Source: Antechinus flavipes
Lineage: Eukaryota
Assembly: GCF_016432865.1 (NCBI RefSeq)
Contig: NC_067399.1
Span: 389,670,001-389,734,000 of the forward strand
Reading direction: 5' to 3'
DNA: 64,000 bases
Positions 26,001-39,182 of the stretch are shown here, piece by piece. Under the pieces are notes generated by a model. That model was given only the letters and a program-made list of their open reading frames with translations. It did not search any database and was not told where the DNA came from. Position 1 is the stretch's first letter. Each line of letters opens with the position of its first letter. The position numbers were made by a program, and so were the translations under genes.

Positions 26001-26379
26001 GCATGTCTGGAATGGGAAGGGTTGTCCCCATGTGTGGGGTGTGTGGTTAGCAGTCTTTGAAGTATAGATCAGACATACCCCTGAGCCCTGCAGCTGCATC
26101 TGGAATGAGTATCTCTGGTCTGCTTCAGTTGCTCCCTCAATAGTTCAAGGATATAACATCCCACTACTTTCCGACCCAAACCCTTTGGGGCATCTGTTTG
26201 GTCCAGCCCGGGTCCATCGGTTTCGGGTTCTTCCGAACACATCTCTGCCACCCTCCCTTCCTCACCATCCCTGGCTCCCTAGTCTCCCGGGATCTCTCGG
26301 GTCGCCCACCCTTCCCGGACCCCCACGCACCGTCGCAGTTGACCAAGATGATAGCTAACATGTAGTCCTTGCCCAGCAT
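20074..26379 (-). CDS. APBB3: Amyloid-beta precursor protein-binding family B member 3 (FE65L2), 488 aa, 13 coding exons
   Basis: Exons 26379-26331, 25549-25386 (WW domain [29 protein letters not shown]), 25267-25191, 24961-24901, 24410-24264, 23791-23664, 23315-23310 (6-nt microexon), 23126-23012, 22891-22807, 22480-22397, 22052-21937, 21706-21515 and 20316-20074 (...[10 protein letters not shown]). Total 1467 nt, open frame, two PTB domains. Confidence 0.97.
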
Positions 26380-27070
26380 GGCCCCGGCCCCGGCCCGTCC
26401 TCCCAGCCCGACCTCGGGGATGCGGCTCCTGCAAGCCCGGCCCCTCTGCGCCACTGAGCGGGGCTCGAGCCGCACAAACACGGGGCGGAGTCGGGACCGG
26501 GGCCGGGTCGCGGTGAGCTCAGACTAGCGGGAGTGCGACGTCCGCACCCGCGCACGTGCGCAGGCGCGATGGAGCGGAAGGGGGGGATCCCCGCGGGCAG
26601 GTGCGTGCATATGTGCATGCGTGTGCACGGGGACCCAGACGGAACTACCCCGCCTTAGGGCCGTAGGAGCTCTTCCTCCAAATGAGATCGGGTCTCCGGC
26701 GAGGAGCGTGCACACACCTCATGGCCTTATGACTTAGGCGTATACATACTGCCCTCGCGGGCCTAGCTTAACTCTCGCCCGCCCCACCACGGACGCTTGC
26801 ACACCGCGCAAAGATGCCGAATTCGGGTGTTCGACACAAGACCGACATCATCGGAGCTCGCCTCGCTGGGCGCCCCCGGAACTCGCGAAGTGCGGGGGCG
26901 TGGCCGCAGCTGCGCACTGAGCGCCCCGAGGGAAAATGGCGGATGACAAGGTGAGTGTTCGTGCAAGCGTGGGGCTGTAGGGAGGAAGGGTGTTCTCTCT
27001 CCCCTGTGCTCCGAGACACTATTCGGGGTGTCGAACCCACTGTCTCAACTTTGCAAACTCCAGCCCCGCG
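26250..27070. promoter_or_regulatory. Bidirectional CpG-island promoter of APBB3 and SLC35A4
   Basis: Dense CpG; head-to-head ATGs at 26379 (-) and 26936 (+); GC boxes and NRF1-like GCGCAGGCGC repeats. Confidence 0.8.
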
Positions 27071-28846
27071 AAGGAGCTGTAACCTAGGAGTTCAGGACAC
27101 TTGGAATCTGATTTTAGCACTTGACATTTAAATTTGCTGTGTGGCCTGAGTGAATTACTTCCCCTTTCTGGGCCTCGGTTTCCTCGTTTGTAAAGTCACA
27201 GGTTGGACTACCTCGCCTCCAAGAACCTATCTTCCCAAGCCATTCTCTCAGCAGAAGAATTTAAATGGGAAGAAACCACTTTTCGACTGTAGTGAGTCAG
27301 CCCTCCCCCTCCGACTCCCATTCATTTTTAGAAGGCAAAGACATGGGGAAGGAGGAGAAAGGGACCTCGGCAGGGAAAGTCTGTGCAGGTTCTCCTGCAT
27401 GACAATACTTTGTGTCCATCGTTTCCCTTCTGGTTGTAATTATTAGAAGGTTCTTAGACTCCCAAGGGAGCCAATTCAACTTCACCTCATGTCTTCTGTT
27501 TCAAGCTTAGTTTAAAGTATTTAAAGTATATCTGGGAAGCATTTAGCCTTAAGGGAATAGATTGCCCAGACTGAGGATAGAGCCTTCCAACACCCTAGGT
27601 TTGATTCAAAGCCCTTAGATCCTATTAACCCAAGAAGTTTAAAATTCTCCATACTCTCCTGAGTAATAGTACTCATTGTCAATATTGTCTTTCGACTCTG
27701 GGCACAATTTTTTAAATTTCAGGTTTAGAGCTGAAGAATTTGGACAAGAAAGAATTCTGTTTTACCTAAATACCAAATTCAGCTATCTATCTATAGAAAG
27801 GCTTGAATCTGACTAATTTGTATGGAAAGTGCATTCTCATCTATCGATGCAAAAGGAAATCCCTTGGGGCTAAAGGTTTGAGGCTCCTGCTTTGGGGACA
27901 TTCTTGGTGATATTGTTTGGAGATGTCAATGCTAGGCCAAGGTAAGGATGGTGAGAGAAGTTTCCAGAAAGTGGACCTTAGAAAGCAAAAGAAATATTCT
28001 GGGACAATCATGATTTACTACTTCTTTAGTTCTCCTTGTTTGTTCTTGAACTTTGGTAGACGTTGAAGAAGGGTGAGGGAGAACAGAGTACAGAGGACTC
28101 AGTCAGACTATCCTGTAAAAAGCTGCTCTCTTGCCCTAGGACTCCATGCCAAAGGTGAAAGACCTGGCATTCCTAAAGAATCAGCTGGAACATCTGCAGC
28201 GGCGACTAGAGGAGGAGGTCAAGACAGGTGTGGAACAGGTAATTGATAAGGTTGCCATGAAGGCATAAAGATACTCACATATTTCCTACCTGATACCACT
28301 TAATAGTGATCTTGGAAACCTTGGTACTTCTCTAGTTCATCTTCTCCCTCCTTCTGATGTCTGCTTGCAGTTTTATGATGAAGTATAGGCAAGAACCCTG
28401 TGAGCTACAGAAAAGGAATTGTGGCATGGAAGACTAAATTACTAAAGAACAAAGGCTTAAAATGGTAAACTACCAGGAGATTGACTAGTATTCTTCTGGG
28501 GTTTTCTGGCCAACAAACTTGAGAAAATATCTCTGTGTACTTCCTAAGTTCCTGGCAGGAAAGGGAGGCAGAGAGTTTTTCAGCCTCATCGTTAAGACAT
28601 GTATTACATTTTGATTTTCCATGCTTCCTGTCTCTGATTTTCTTGCAGGAAGGCTCGTTCTTGTCATCTCCTTTTCTCAAGGGCTTCCTGGCTGGCTATG
28701 TAGTAGCCAAGTTAAGAGCATCTGCAGTAATGGGCTTTGCAGTTGGTTTATGCACCGGCATCTATGCAGCACAGTCTTATGCTGTCCCTAACGTCGAGAA
28801 GACCTTGCAGGATTATCTCCGATCCCTTCGGAAGGGACCTGACTAG
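26936..28846 (+). CDS. SLC35A4 upstream-ORF microprotein (SLC35A4-MP / alt-SLC35A4), 103 aa, 3 exons
   Basis: Exons 26936-26950 (MADDK), 28140-28238 (DSMPKVKDLAFLKNQLEHLQRRLEEEVKTGVEQ) and 28649-28846 (EGSFLSSPFLKGFLAGYVVAKLRASAVMGFAVGLCTGIYAAQ...LRKGPD*). 312 nt, all phase 0. Confidence 0.93.
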
Positions 28847-29282
28847 TCCACCTTCAGCACTCCTCCCTCCAGGTCATCTTTAGGAGGGCTCTCTTGAGGA
28901 AGACTTGGAATCTGGGTCATCATGGATAGGCAGCACACCTGACTGTATAGTTATCAAGGATAAAGTCAGGCTCTCTTGCCCTATATCCAGCTTCCCCAGA
29001 ATTTTAATTGCCTCAGCTGCTCCAGACCACAGATATTTTCTCCTTGTCCTATACCTGTATCCTTCCTTCTTCCCATCAGCATCTGTGCTTCTAAACTGTG
29101 TGTATGTTCAAACCTGCTTTTTCCACTACTGATTATCCTATGGCATACTTAGTTTCTTATCAATTTGATAATGTAGGAGCTGGCTCCATCACTCAATTTT
29201 ACCAGATGGACTGTAGACTTCCCCCCCACTCTTATCTTTGCCATTACTTACCTACCTAAAAGCCTAGGTTGGTGGAGTGGGG

Positions 29283-30245
29283 ATGAATGTGGAAGAAGGG
29301 GGCATACCGGGCATAGGGCGCCCAAGCCAGGCCCGATGGGTGCTTATGCTTCTTCTGTCCACGACCATGTATGGTGCCCACGCCCCACTGTTGGCCTTGT
29401 GTCGAATAGATGGCCGTGTCCCTTTCCGCCCCTCTTCAGCTGTGCTTTGGACGGAACTGACCAAATTACTGCTATCAGCATTCTCCCTGATGGCCCGGCG
29501 GCAGCCCAGACTGTGGGACTCTCTCCCGTGGCGCCAGGCTGCCCCTTTTGCACTCTCTGCACTGCTCTACGGTGCCAACAATAACCTCGTCATTCACCTG
29601 CAGCGGTATATGGATCCCAGCACCTACCAAGTGATGAGCAACCTCAAGATTGGCAGCACAGCTCTCCTTTACTGCCTCTGCCTGAACCGCCGTCTCTCTG
29701 CCAGACAGGGGCTGGCCCTGCTGCTGCTGACTGGTGCCGGAGCCTGCTATGCCGCCGCAGGCCTGCAGGATCCGCAAGGCCTCCTCCCTCCCCCGCCAGC
29801 TGCGGCCATGCCCCTCCACGTGACCCCCCTGGGGCTGCTGCTGCTGCTCCTCTACTGCCTCATCTCGGGACTCTCCTCAGTCTACACCGAGCTGCTCATG
29901 AAGAGGCAGCGCCTGCCCCTGGCCTTGCAGAACCTGTTCCTGTACTCCTTTGGGGTACTTATGAACTTGGGGCTCTATGTGGGAGGTGGGCCAGGCCCTG
30001 GGCTCCTAGAAGGCTTCTCAGCCTGGGCAGCATTGGTGGTTCTGAGCCAGGCCCTCAATGGACTGCTCATGTCAGCCATCATGAAGCATGGGAGCAGCAT
30101 CACCCGGCTCTTTGTCGTCTCCTCTTCCCTGATTGTCAATGCTGTGCTCTCAGCCACCCTGCTTCACCTCCAGCTCACGGCTGCCTTCTTCCTGGCCCTC
30201 CTGCTTATTGGACTGGCTGTACATCTCTATTATGGAGGCCGGTAG
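29283..30245 (+). CDS. SLC35A4: Probable nucleotide-sugar transporter SLC35A4, 320 aa, intronless main ORF
   Basis: MNVEEGG...ARWVLMLLLSTTMYGAHAPLL...GANNNLVIHLQRYMDPSTYQVMSNLKIGSTA...MKHGSSITRLF; multi-pass hydrophobic pattern. The ORF-track start at 29277 is a GTG; first ATG is 29283. Confidence 0.96.
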   Translation: MNVEEGGIPGIGRPSQARWVLMLLLSTTMYGAHAPLLALCRIDGRVPFRPSSAVLWTELTKLLLSAFSLMARRQPRLWDSLPWRQAAPFALSALLYGANNNLVIHLQRYMDPSTYQVMSNLKIGSTALLYCLCLNRRLSARQGLALLLLTGAGACYAAAGLQDPQGLLPPPPAAAMPLHVTPLGLLLLLLYCLISGLSSVYTELLMKRQRLPLALQNLFLYSFGVLMNLGLYVGGGPGPGLLEGFSAWAALVVLSQALNGLLMSAIMKHGSSITRLFVVSSSLIVNAVLSATLLHLQLTAAFFLALLLIGLAVHLYYGGR

Positions 30246-31552
30246 AGCCAGAGGGCCCGCCCTCTGCAGCTACTTGGTCCTCCAGTGCTATTAATGCAGG
30301 CTCAGTATTGCTGTGGTCAACATTGTCCTTTCCAGTAACAGGGACTCACCTCTTGGAGAAGGTGCTTCTCTTCCTCCTTGTTGGAGTTGGAAGGCCCATC
30401 AGGATGGGGGCCGCAGGGGGAGAGAGGAGGTGTTAGCTTTAGGAGTGATTCCAGTCTTATCTTATCCTCTTTCTAACTATCTGCTGACTCTTAAATGCAC
30501 GTCTTCCTTCCCTAGTGGCTTTAGCCTGCTGTTTCCTCCTGCTAGTCCCAGCCAGAAACCCTGATAGAAGTGCCTTTGAGAGGAGAGGGCTGCAGTCAGA
30601 TCCAGGGAAGTAGAAGGAAGAGGCCTGAAGCAGAACTGAGTTTTTGCTATGGAAACACTATTGTTGGCTTAAGTTTGTCCCCCAGGTTCTGATGACTCCT
30701 GTCTGCTCCCTTCATTGTGCTCTCTGGAAAATCTGAGGCCTAGCTCTCACTGTATCAGTCCTGATGTCCCAAGCAGTGGGCCACTCTTCTCACTCCATCC
30801 CTCCTATCCTGGTCATTTAAACTCCAGCCTGGATTACTGAGATGTGAGCTCTGGAAACTAGCCAGAGTTAGGCAACAGAAAGTCTTTTCCTGTTTTGAGT
30901 ACTGAATATTTTGTTCCCATAGGTAATACTTGCTTTTCTAAAACATCTCTTGTCTAGACTAGAAATGGGCTTGTTCTAAGTCTGTTTCCACTTTATTCAC
31001 TCAGACCCTACAGCAATCACCAAAAAGCCAAAATGTTGTAGGCAACTTTGACCTCCTGTGTCCCATCCCAAACTTTCTGAAAAGTTCTGCCAGTGCCACA
31101 GTCCATATTGTCTGGTAACTCTGCCAATCAGGTGTGTCTCTTCCCTCTTCCCCACCTACCTGCCCTCACACCCAATAATCTCCTGTAATTACAGAGGGAA
31201 ACTCAACTCTTCCTCTCTATGCTGCTGTTTGTCCAGAGTCATGACTGAGTCTCCTTTATCAAACCAGGGATGAGCCATCACAGGTTCAGAAGGAATGGTA
31301 CTTGCCCTCTCTTATGGCCTATATGCTTTTGTTGCAGTCTGGAGGGCTCTCATCAGCTCTGTTGCTCTATACTCCTGGATTCTGCTCCTGCCAGGAAATC
31401 TTGGCCCTCAGTATGGCCACTTGTCCTATGATATTCCCTTAATTCCTAGTAAGCCAGAAACTCCTTTTCAGGAGTAATTTAGACTAGGGCATGTAGGATT
31501 TTTCTATAGCTCAAATCAGTGTCTCCTTCATTGTATAAAGCAATAAGGTCTC

Positions 31553-31558
31553 AATAAA
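31553..31558 (+). terminator. Probable SLC35A4 polyadenylation signal
   Basis: AATAAA followed by GT-rich sequence, about 1.3 kb after the stop. Confidence 0.5.
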
Positions 31559-31959
31559 GTGTATTTGGGAGTAGGGATTTCCCTGCCATCTGCCATGCAG
31601 TCTGTGTCTTGTGTCCTCTGTAAACTCAAACCATTCCTGATTCTAATTGAGGTTTTTGCTGCTGCTGAGTTGAAGATCTTGGAGAGTCTCACATATATCT
31701 TGGAAGGTAAGTTAATGGTATCAGGTGTCATGTTTCAGGAACCATGAGGTCATTGAGTGCCAGAGTGGTTTGTGCTTTCATTGAGCTTTAAAACAAGAAT
31801 GAGTCAGTAGAGTACGACCCCCAAGCCTAGGCCTTTTCATACTATAAATTCCAATGAATGGAAATTTGAAATGAAAACAAAAAACAAATTTAAATCATGC
31901 AAACTGGCTTCTAATCATCAGTAAAATAATTTCCTCAAAGATTGCCCATAATTTAACTA

Positions 31960-32520
31960 AATCAAATTAACTTTTCTATATTCTAATCCTTTGATCTCTC
32001 TGTCACTTTTAATATTGTTGATATTCCTCTCTTGGATAGTAATCCCTCTACACATTTCTGTGGTCATCTCTCTTCTGGTTTTCCTGTACAATTTCTTGTA
32101 TATAGCTGAATTTTCTTCCATCTCTTGCCTCCTTAAAATGGATACTATCCTAGACCTATATCTCCACTCCCACTCTATAATTTCTCCCTTGTCAGTTTCA
32201 TCAGTTCCCACAGATTTCAGACATCTTTTTGCATGTGATTCTCAATGAAACCCGACTATCTACTGGATGTTTGTAGTACATTTCCCCACCTACCTGCTGA
32301 ACATTTGGATATCCATTTGACTGCAAATTTAAATTGTCCAAAAGACCTGAAATCTTCCCTTCTGCCACTCCTCTCCTCCACAACCAACACTTAGAGACAT
32401 GTAACCTCAGAAATCATCTTTGTTCTCTTATCACCATCTCCCTTATACATTCATATTCACTGACTTTTGTGCAGTCTATTTCTATATCATTTCTCATATT
32501 CATCCCTTTCTCTCCCCCAA
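31960..32520. mobile_element. Ancient L2-like fragment (approximate)
   Basis: Pyrimidine-rich degenerate L2-type sequence; no intact ORF. Confidence 0.4.
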
Positions 32521-33259
32521 TTCAGAAAAAATAGATTAGCCCTATCTCCTAACTATGCCATTTCCTGACTCCATTTTCAATTTGGTGCTCTTCAGAGAGC
32601 AAATTTGTTATGTGCCTGGCTATCTCTCTATAATGTAACGCGCTAATCTGCATTTGTACAGAGAATTTGCTCACTGGAATTTCCTTATACCAGAGAACTT
32701 GAAGGTCTAAGCCAAAAAGTAATTTTCATTGGGTGAAGATACAAATTATCCCTTTTCTTAAGGATCTTAAATTTCATTGGTGGCTATAACAGACATACAT
32801 ACATATATGTATCTGAAATACTTTTTTTCCTTGAAAGTTGGACTTTATCTTTTAAGTGTTAAGTGTTTGAGATCACATTTGAACTCAAGTCCTTCTGACT
32901 CCAGAGCTGGTGTTCTATCCACTGAGCTATCTAACTGCCCCTGAAAGTGGAACTCTAAGAGGCAGAGGTGAAGAGGACGAACTTCTGGCATGGACGATGG
33001 CATCCACAAAGACAGGCACATAGAAAGTGAAATGTTTTATACAGGGGACAGCACGTGGACCAGTCTGGCTGGAATGTAAGGTGCACATTGGGAAGTACTA
33101 ATTAAAAATCAGACTGGGAATGTAAATTGTAATCAAATTGCTATTAGAGTATTTATCCTAAGTCTATAAAGAAGCTTGGAAGTCTTTCTGCTAAGATAAA
33201 GCCAGGAACTATATGAACACAATTACAAAACACTTCACACAAAGTTTGAACTAAACAAA

Positions 33260-35100
33260 TTGAAAGAATATCAAGTGCTTATGGATAGGTTGAGCTAATA
33301 TAATAAAAATGATAATTCTACCTAAATTTACTTATTCAGTGCCATACCAATCAAATTGCCAAAAAATTGTAGAGCTAAAAAAAATTACAGAACTTATCTA
33401 GAAGAAGAAAAGGTCAAGAATTTCAAGGAAATGAATGAAAAAAAATTGCAAAGGAAAGTGGCTGTGCCAAACCTAAAACTATATTATAAAACAGTGGTCA
33501 TCAAAACCATTTGGTGCTGGCTAAGAAATAGAGTAGTGGAAGAATGGAATACATTAGTTTCATAAGAAACAAAATTCAATAACAATAGTAATCTAATGTT
33601 TAATAAGTCTAAAGACTCCAGCTTTTGGGATAAGAACTCACTATTGACAAAAATTGCTGGGAAAATTGAAAAATAGTATGGCAGAAACTTAAGTACTGAT
33701 CAAGACCTAACACTCTGTACCAAGATAAGGTCAAAATGGGTTCACAATTTAGACACAAAGGATAATACTATGAGCAAATTAGAAGAATAAGCAATAGTTT
33801 ATCTCTTAGATCTGTGGAGAAGGAAAGAATTTATGCCAAAGAGGAACTAGAGAACATTATGAAATGCAAAATGGATAGTTTGGGTTATATTACATTTAAA
33901 AGTTTTTGTACAAAATCAATGCAGACAAGATTAGAAGGGAAGCAGAAAATTGGGGGAGAGGGAGGGAATTATATCCAAGAATTGATAAAGGTTTCATTTC
34001 TAAAATATACAGAGAATTGACTCCAATTTATAAGAATATAAGCTATTCTCCAATTGATAAGTGGTCAAAGAATATGAACAGACAATTTTCAGATGAAATT
34101 AAAATCATGTCTAGTCATGACAAAATGCTCCAAATCATTATTGATTAGAAAAATGCAAATTAAAACAACTGAGGTACCACTTCATACTTCTCAGATTGGC
34201 TAAGATGACAGGAAAGGATAACGATAAATATTGGATGGGGGGGGGGGGAGAACTGGAACACTAATGCATTGTTGGTGGAGTTGTGATTTGATACAATTCT
34301 GCAGAGCAACTTGGAACTATGCCCAAAGAGCTATAAAACTGCATTCCCTTTGATCCAGCAGTGTCTCTGTTGAGTCTAATCCCAGAAATCATAAAAAAGG
34401 AAAAAGGACCGACATGTGCAAAAATGTTTGTAACCAGCTCTTTTTGTAGTGGCAAGACACTGGAAACTGAGTGGATGCCCATCAGTTAGAGAATGGCTGA
34501 ATAAGTTATGGTATATAAATATAATGGAATATTATTATCCTATAAGAAACAATCAGCAAGTTGATTTGAGAAAAGCCTGGAGAGACTTGCATGAAATGAT
34601 GCTAAGTGAAGTGAATAGAACCAAGAAAATACATTATATACATTATACAAAGTATACAAAAACATTATACAAAGTATACAAAAACATTATACACAGCAAC
34701 AAGATTATGTGAAGATAATTTTCTTTTCAACAATGAGTAATTTAAGGCTATTCCAATAGACTTGTGATGGAAAGAGCCATCTGCATCCAAAGAGAACTAG
34801 GGAGACTGAATGTAGATCAAAACATACTATTTTCACTTTTTTTTTTGTTTGTTGTTTGTTTGCTTGCTTTTTTTTTCCTGTTTTTTTTTTTCACCTTTTG
34901 ATCTGATTTTTCCTGTGCAGCATGACGGAAATGGAAATATGCTTAGAAGAATTACACATGTTTAAGCTAAATTGGATTGTTTGCTGTCTGAGGAAATGGG
35001 TAGAGGAGGGAGGAAGAAAAATTTGAAATACAAAGTTTTGCAAAAATGAATATTGAAAACTATTTTTGCATGTATTTAGAAAAATAAAAAAGATATTTTT
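33260..35100 (+). mobile_element. Degraded 5'-truncated L1, about 1.8 kb (approximate)
   Basis: ORF2 remnants (VAVPNLKLYYKTVVIKTIWCWLRNR; PIDKWSKNMNRQFSDE; CPSVREWLNKLWY) followed by 3' UTR and A-rich tail. Confidence 0.88.
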
Positions 35101-38100
35101 AAACAATGGATATAAAGAAACTTGTGCTTTGGCTGGTGGATGAAGGAAAGATTGGAGAAAAGATTTGAAACAGGTAGTCTAATTAGGAAACTATTGTATT
35201 TATTTGGGTAAGGTGATAGGAACAGAACAAAGCTTGTGAGAGACAAAGGCAATATATGTGGAACTGACAAAACAGATTAATAGAATGTGGGGGAGAGGAA
35301 AGTATAGAGTAAAGTGTGACAAGTTTTGAACCTGGGAAGAACAGCAGTGTTCTCAACAGATAGAGGGCAGTTAAGAGGATGGGTGAGTGTTGGGGGAAAG
35401 ATAATTTTGATTATAAAGATGCTGAATTTGAGATGCCTGTGGTACAAACTAGATAGAGATGCCCATCAAGTATGGCTATGGGACTGGGGCTTTAGTAGTT
35501 TTAACTACTAAAAAAAGGTTAGATATGTGAATCAGAGACATATGCATGGGGGTAGAACAGCATGGGGAACAATACCTACTATATGCAATGCACTGTGCTA
35601 AGTGCTTTATAAATACCTCATTTAATCTTCTCAACAATTTTGTGAGGTAAGTCCTATTACTGTTTCCATTTTACAGTTGAAGAAACTGAAACAGGCAGGT
35701 TAAGTGACTTGCCCAGGTTACACTGGATGAATTGAACGTCACATCTGAACCCAAGTCTTCCTAACTCCAAACTCAGTGCTCTATCCACTGTGTCTCCTAA
35801 CTGTCTCTACCTATTTAGACAGGGTAATAATTGAACTCATAGGAGAAAGAGCTGTCAGAGTACAGGAAGAGAAGACTAACCAAAGGCTGCTGACTGAACA
35901 ATTAGGATACTATCGGTAATCTTAAAAAAACAATTTCAGCTGAACTGTGAGATCTAAAGCCAGATTTCAAGGATTTTCAAAATTCTATCTTCCCTCTAAG
36001 CTCAGCTTCCTGGCTGTGTCTCCTCAGGGTATTCTTTGCTGATTCCTGGTATTGTTAGAGCTTTCTCTTTTTATATGACCTTGTATTAGCTTCCCTTTGC
36101 ATAAATCTGTAGCAGTATGTAAGCTTCTCCCGTGCAGGAACTCCCCTTCTCTAGCACAGTCTCCAATGTTGTGTGCCTGTAAGAAATATTGATGGATTTG
36201 AACTGTGCCAAATTTGCATCAATGTTCTCTTACCCATTTTGATTTTTTTCCATAAGAATTTATCCAATGTTCCCACATCCTTCTTGGGAAACAATTCAAA
36301 TTCAACCAATATTTATTACATGTAGTAGGCAGCACGATCTTGAGAATAATGGGCTACACTTGGAATCAGAAAGACTTCAGTGCAAGTTGTACTTTCAATC
36401 CAATTGACTGAGATCTCAGGGGTCTTTTATCCTTTTTAAACCCCAAGCCTATTCTCAAAAACTGTTAAATTACAGATGAGTGGTTGATTTGTATCTACAA
36501 AAGGAATTTTCAGACTAAGAGTTCCCTTTGCTGATGAAAGCACAGCAGATGCAAAAACAAAACCATCCCTGGCCTCAAGGAGCTCATATTTTATTTCAGG
36601 AACTCAATGGATAGTTTACAGAGTTGCTGAGAAGAAATAGTATCAAAAGCAAGGGGGAAAAAAATTTACATTAAATGACATTAAAATGAAGACAATAGTA
36701 GCATCTACCCCATAGGGTTGTTCTTAAGTATGAAATGAAAAAGTAAATCTGTAAAGTACTTTGCAATCCTTTAAAGCACTACATACAAGAGAACTGTTAT
36801 TCAGAAATAGGAATTAAAAGGACAGCTAGATGGATAGAGCACCTCCTGGAGTCAGGAAGAGCTGAGTTCAAATATGGCCTCAGTCACAATACTTCCTAGC
36901 TATGTGATCTTGGGCAAGTCACTTAATCCCATGTGCCTCAGCAAAAAAGAAAGAAAGAAAAGAAAAGAAAAGAAAGGGAGCTAAAGGGGGTAAATGGAGG
37001 CTTATAATAGGAAAGTACTAAAAGTATACTATAGTCATATGGCATCATCTCCCTGATATCATAGTCTAATGAGACCAACGTATTGAAGCTTCAACATTTG
37101 ACCTTCCAGTTAATAACCCCAAATAATTTCTTTTAAGTATTAACTGATTTGATTTCTGTTATCCAAGGGATATTCTTGTTCAGAGTAGGATAAAAGACAT
37201 GAAAGATGAGGTTTTCATTGATTACTGATGAGATGGCTATAGTGACAAGGAAGAATAAAAGGATTGGGGGAAAAAAATCTGAAACAATAAGCACCTACTT
37301 TAGATAATATGAATTTGTCCCCAATTTGTAGTAGGTAATGGAGTAACCCCAGAACTGAAAATATTGGCAGGCCTGAATGGACCTAGGTCAAGGGAATAAA
37401 AGATTCTAAGGCAGAAGATAAGGCATAGCTAAACTAGTCAACTACGATTAAAACTGTGAAAGGAGAAAAGTAAGGCAAGAGTAGAACAGTCTTGGGAAGG
37501 GACATTCAAATCAAAGTAAATGTAAGAATGTGTTTGGGAAGAATTCATGAAAGAGATAAAGATAGGTCAGATTATTATATGAGGGCAGTAATGGTAGAAT
37601 TCAGAATCAGGAAGGTAACACAGATCTAGGGCTTGATGATCTCTGTGGCTGAGATGGAATGAAGCTGTAGGTCATGGTCTGATGTAGGATATGGTCTATG
37701 TGGTTAAAATACTTCCTTTCTATTAAGGAAGGATAAATTTGCTGAGTCAGTCAAAATTAGAAGGTTTTACTTAACTTTTTATGACAAAATGCTATAGGAA
37801 AGTAATTTACTAGGAAGTGATTAATTTACCAAGATGTCTCAATAAGGAAACTTTAAAAACTATATCATGTTTATTATATAATGGAAAATGCAAATGTTAG
37901 AGGCAATGTAGGAAAGCTGGGACACTAAAGCACTGTTAATGAAATTGTGAACTGATTCTGAAGAACAATTTGGAATTATACCCAGATGTCCAGTTTCTGG
38001 AATAAGAATTCACTATTTGACAAAAATTGCTGGGAAGGCTGAAAAATAATATGTCAGAAATTTGGCATAGACCTACATCTCACACCCATACCAAAATAAG

Positions 38101-38926
38101 GTCAAAATGGATAGGTGATTTGAATATAAAGAATGATACCATAAACAAATTAGGAGGACAAGGGTTAATTTACCTATATTAGCTCTTTGGAGAAGGGAGG
38201 AATTCATGACCAAAGAAGAACCAGAGAACATTATGAAAGGTAAAATGGACAACTTTTATTACATTAAACTAAAAAGTTTTTACAGAAACAAAATCAACAG
38301 AAACAAGATTGAGAGAAGTATAAAGCTGGGGAAAAAAATCTTTATAGAGTGTATTTCTGATAAAGGTCTCATTTCTAAAATATATAAAGAACTGTGTCAA
38401 ATTTATAAGAATACAAATCATTCCCCAAATGATAAATGGTCAAAGGATCTGAACAAATTTCAGAAGATGGAATTAAAGATGAAATGAAAATATGGAACTA
38501 TGCCCAGAAGGCTATAAACCTATCCGTACCCTTTGACCCAGCAAAACCAAAAAGACTTTTAAAAAAGGAAAAAGAGCTATACATACAAAAATATTTATGA
38601 CAGTTCTTTCTGTGGTGGCAAAGAATTGTAAAATGAGGAGATAAATGTCCATCAATTGAGGCATAGCTGAACAAATTATGGTATATGATTTTAATTGAAT
38701 ATGATTGTGTGACAAGAAATGATTAGCAAGATGCTTTCAGAAAAGCCTGGGAAAACTTACATGAATTGATGTGAAGTGAACAGAATCAGGAGAACATTGT
38801 ACATAGTAACAACAATATTGTATGATGTTCAACTTTGAATGACCTAGCCATTCTCAGCAATACAATGGTGTAGTTCTGAAGGATTTATGAAAAATGCTAC
38901 TCACTTCTAGAGAAAGAACTAATGGC

Positions 38927-39074
38927 ATCTGAATGCAAATTGAAGCATACTTTTTAATTAATTTATTTTTTGCTGAGGCAATTGAGATTAAGTGACTTGC
39001 ATCTGAATGCAAATTGAAGCATACTTTTTAATTAATTTATTTTTTGCTGAGGCAATTGAGATTAAGTGACTTGC
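38927..39074. repeat. Perfect 74-bp tandem duplication
   Basis: 38927-39000 is identical to 39001-39074. Confidence 0.95.
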
Positions 39075-39182
39075 TCAGGGTCAAACAGCTAGGAAGTATT
39101 AAAAGGGTATGAGATCAGATTTGAGCTCAGGTCCTCCTGACTTCAGGGCTGGTACTCTATCCACTGTGCCATCTAGCTGCTC
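38960..39182 (-). mobile_element. Marsupial CORE-type SINE (WSINE1-like) inserted in L1
   Basis: GCTGAGGCAATTGAG...AAGTGACTTGC...TTTGAGCTCAGGTCCTCCTGACTTCAGGGCTGG...CTATCCACTGTGCCA; CATACTTTTT on both sides as a probable TSD. Confidence 0.75.

Noticed and set aside
26069-27040. Additional ORFs in the APBB3/SLC35A4 island
   Set aside because: GC-rich chance ORFs; the real coding parts are 26331-26379 and 26936-26950.
31300-31430. Alternative terminal exon for the kinesin-like gene (GQVAILRAKISWQEQNPGV*)
   Set aside because: Acceptor lacks a polypyrimidine tract and lies within the probable SLC35A4 3' UTR; 40142-40117 has a better acceptor.
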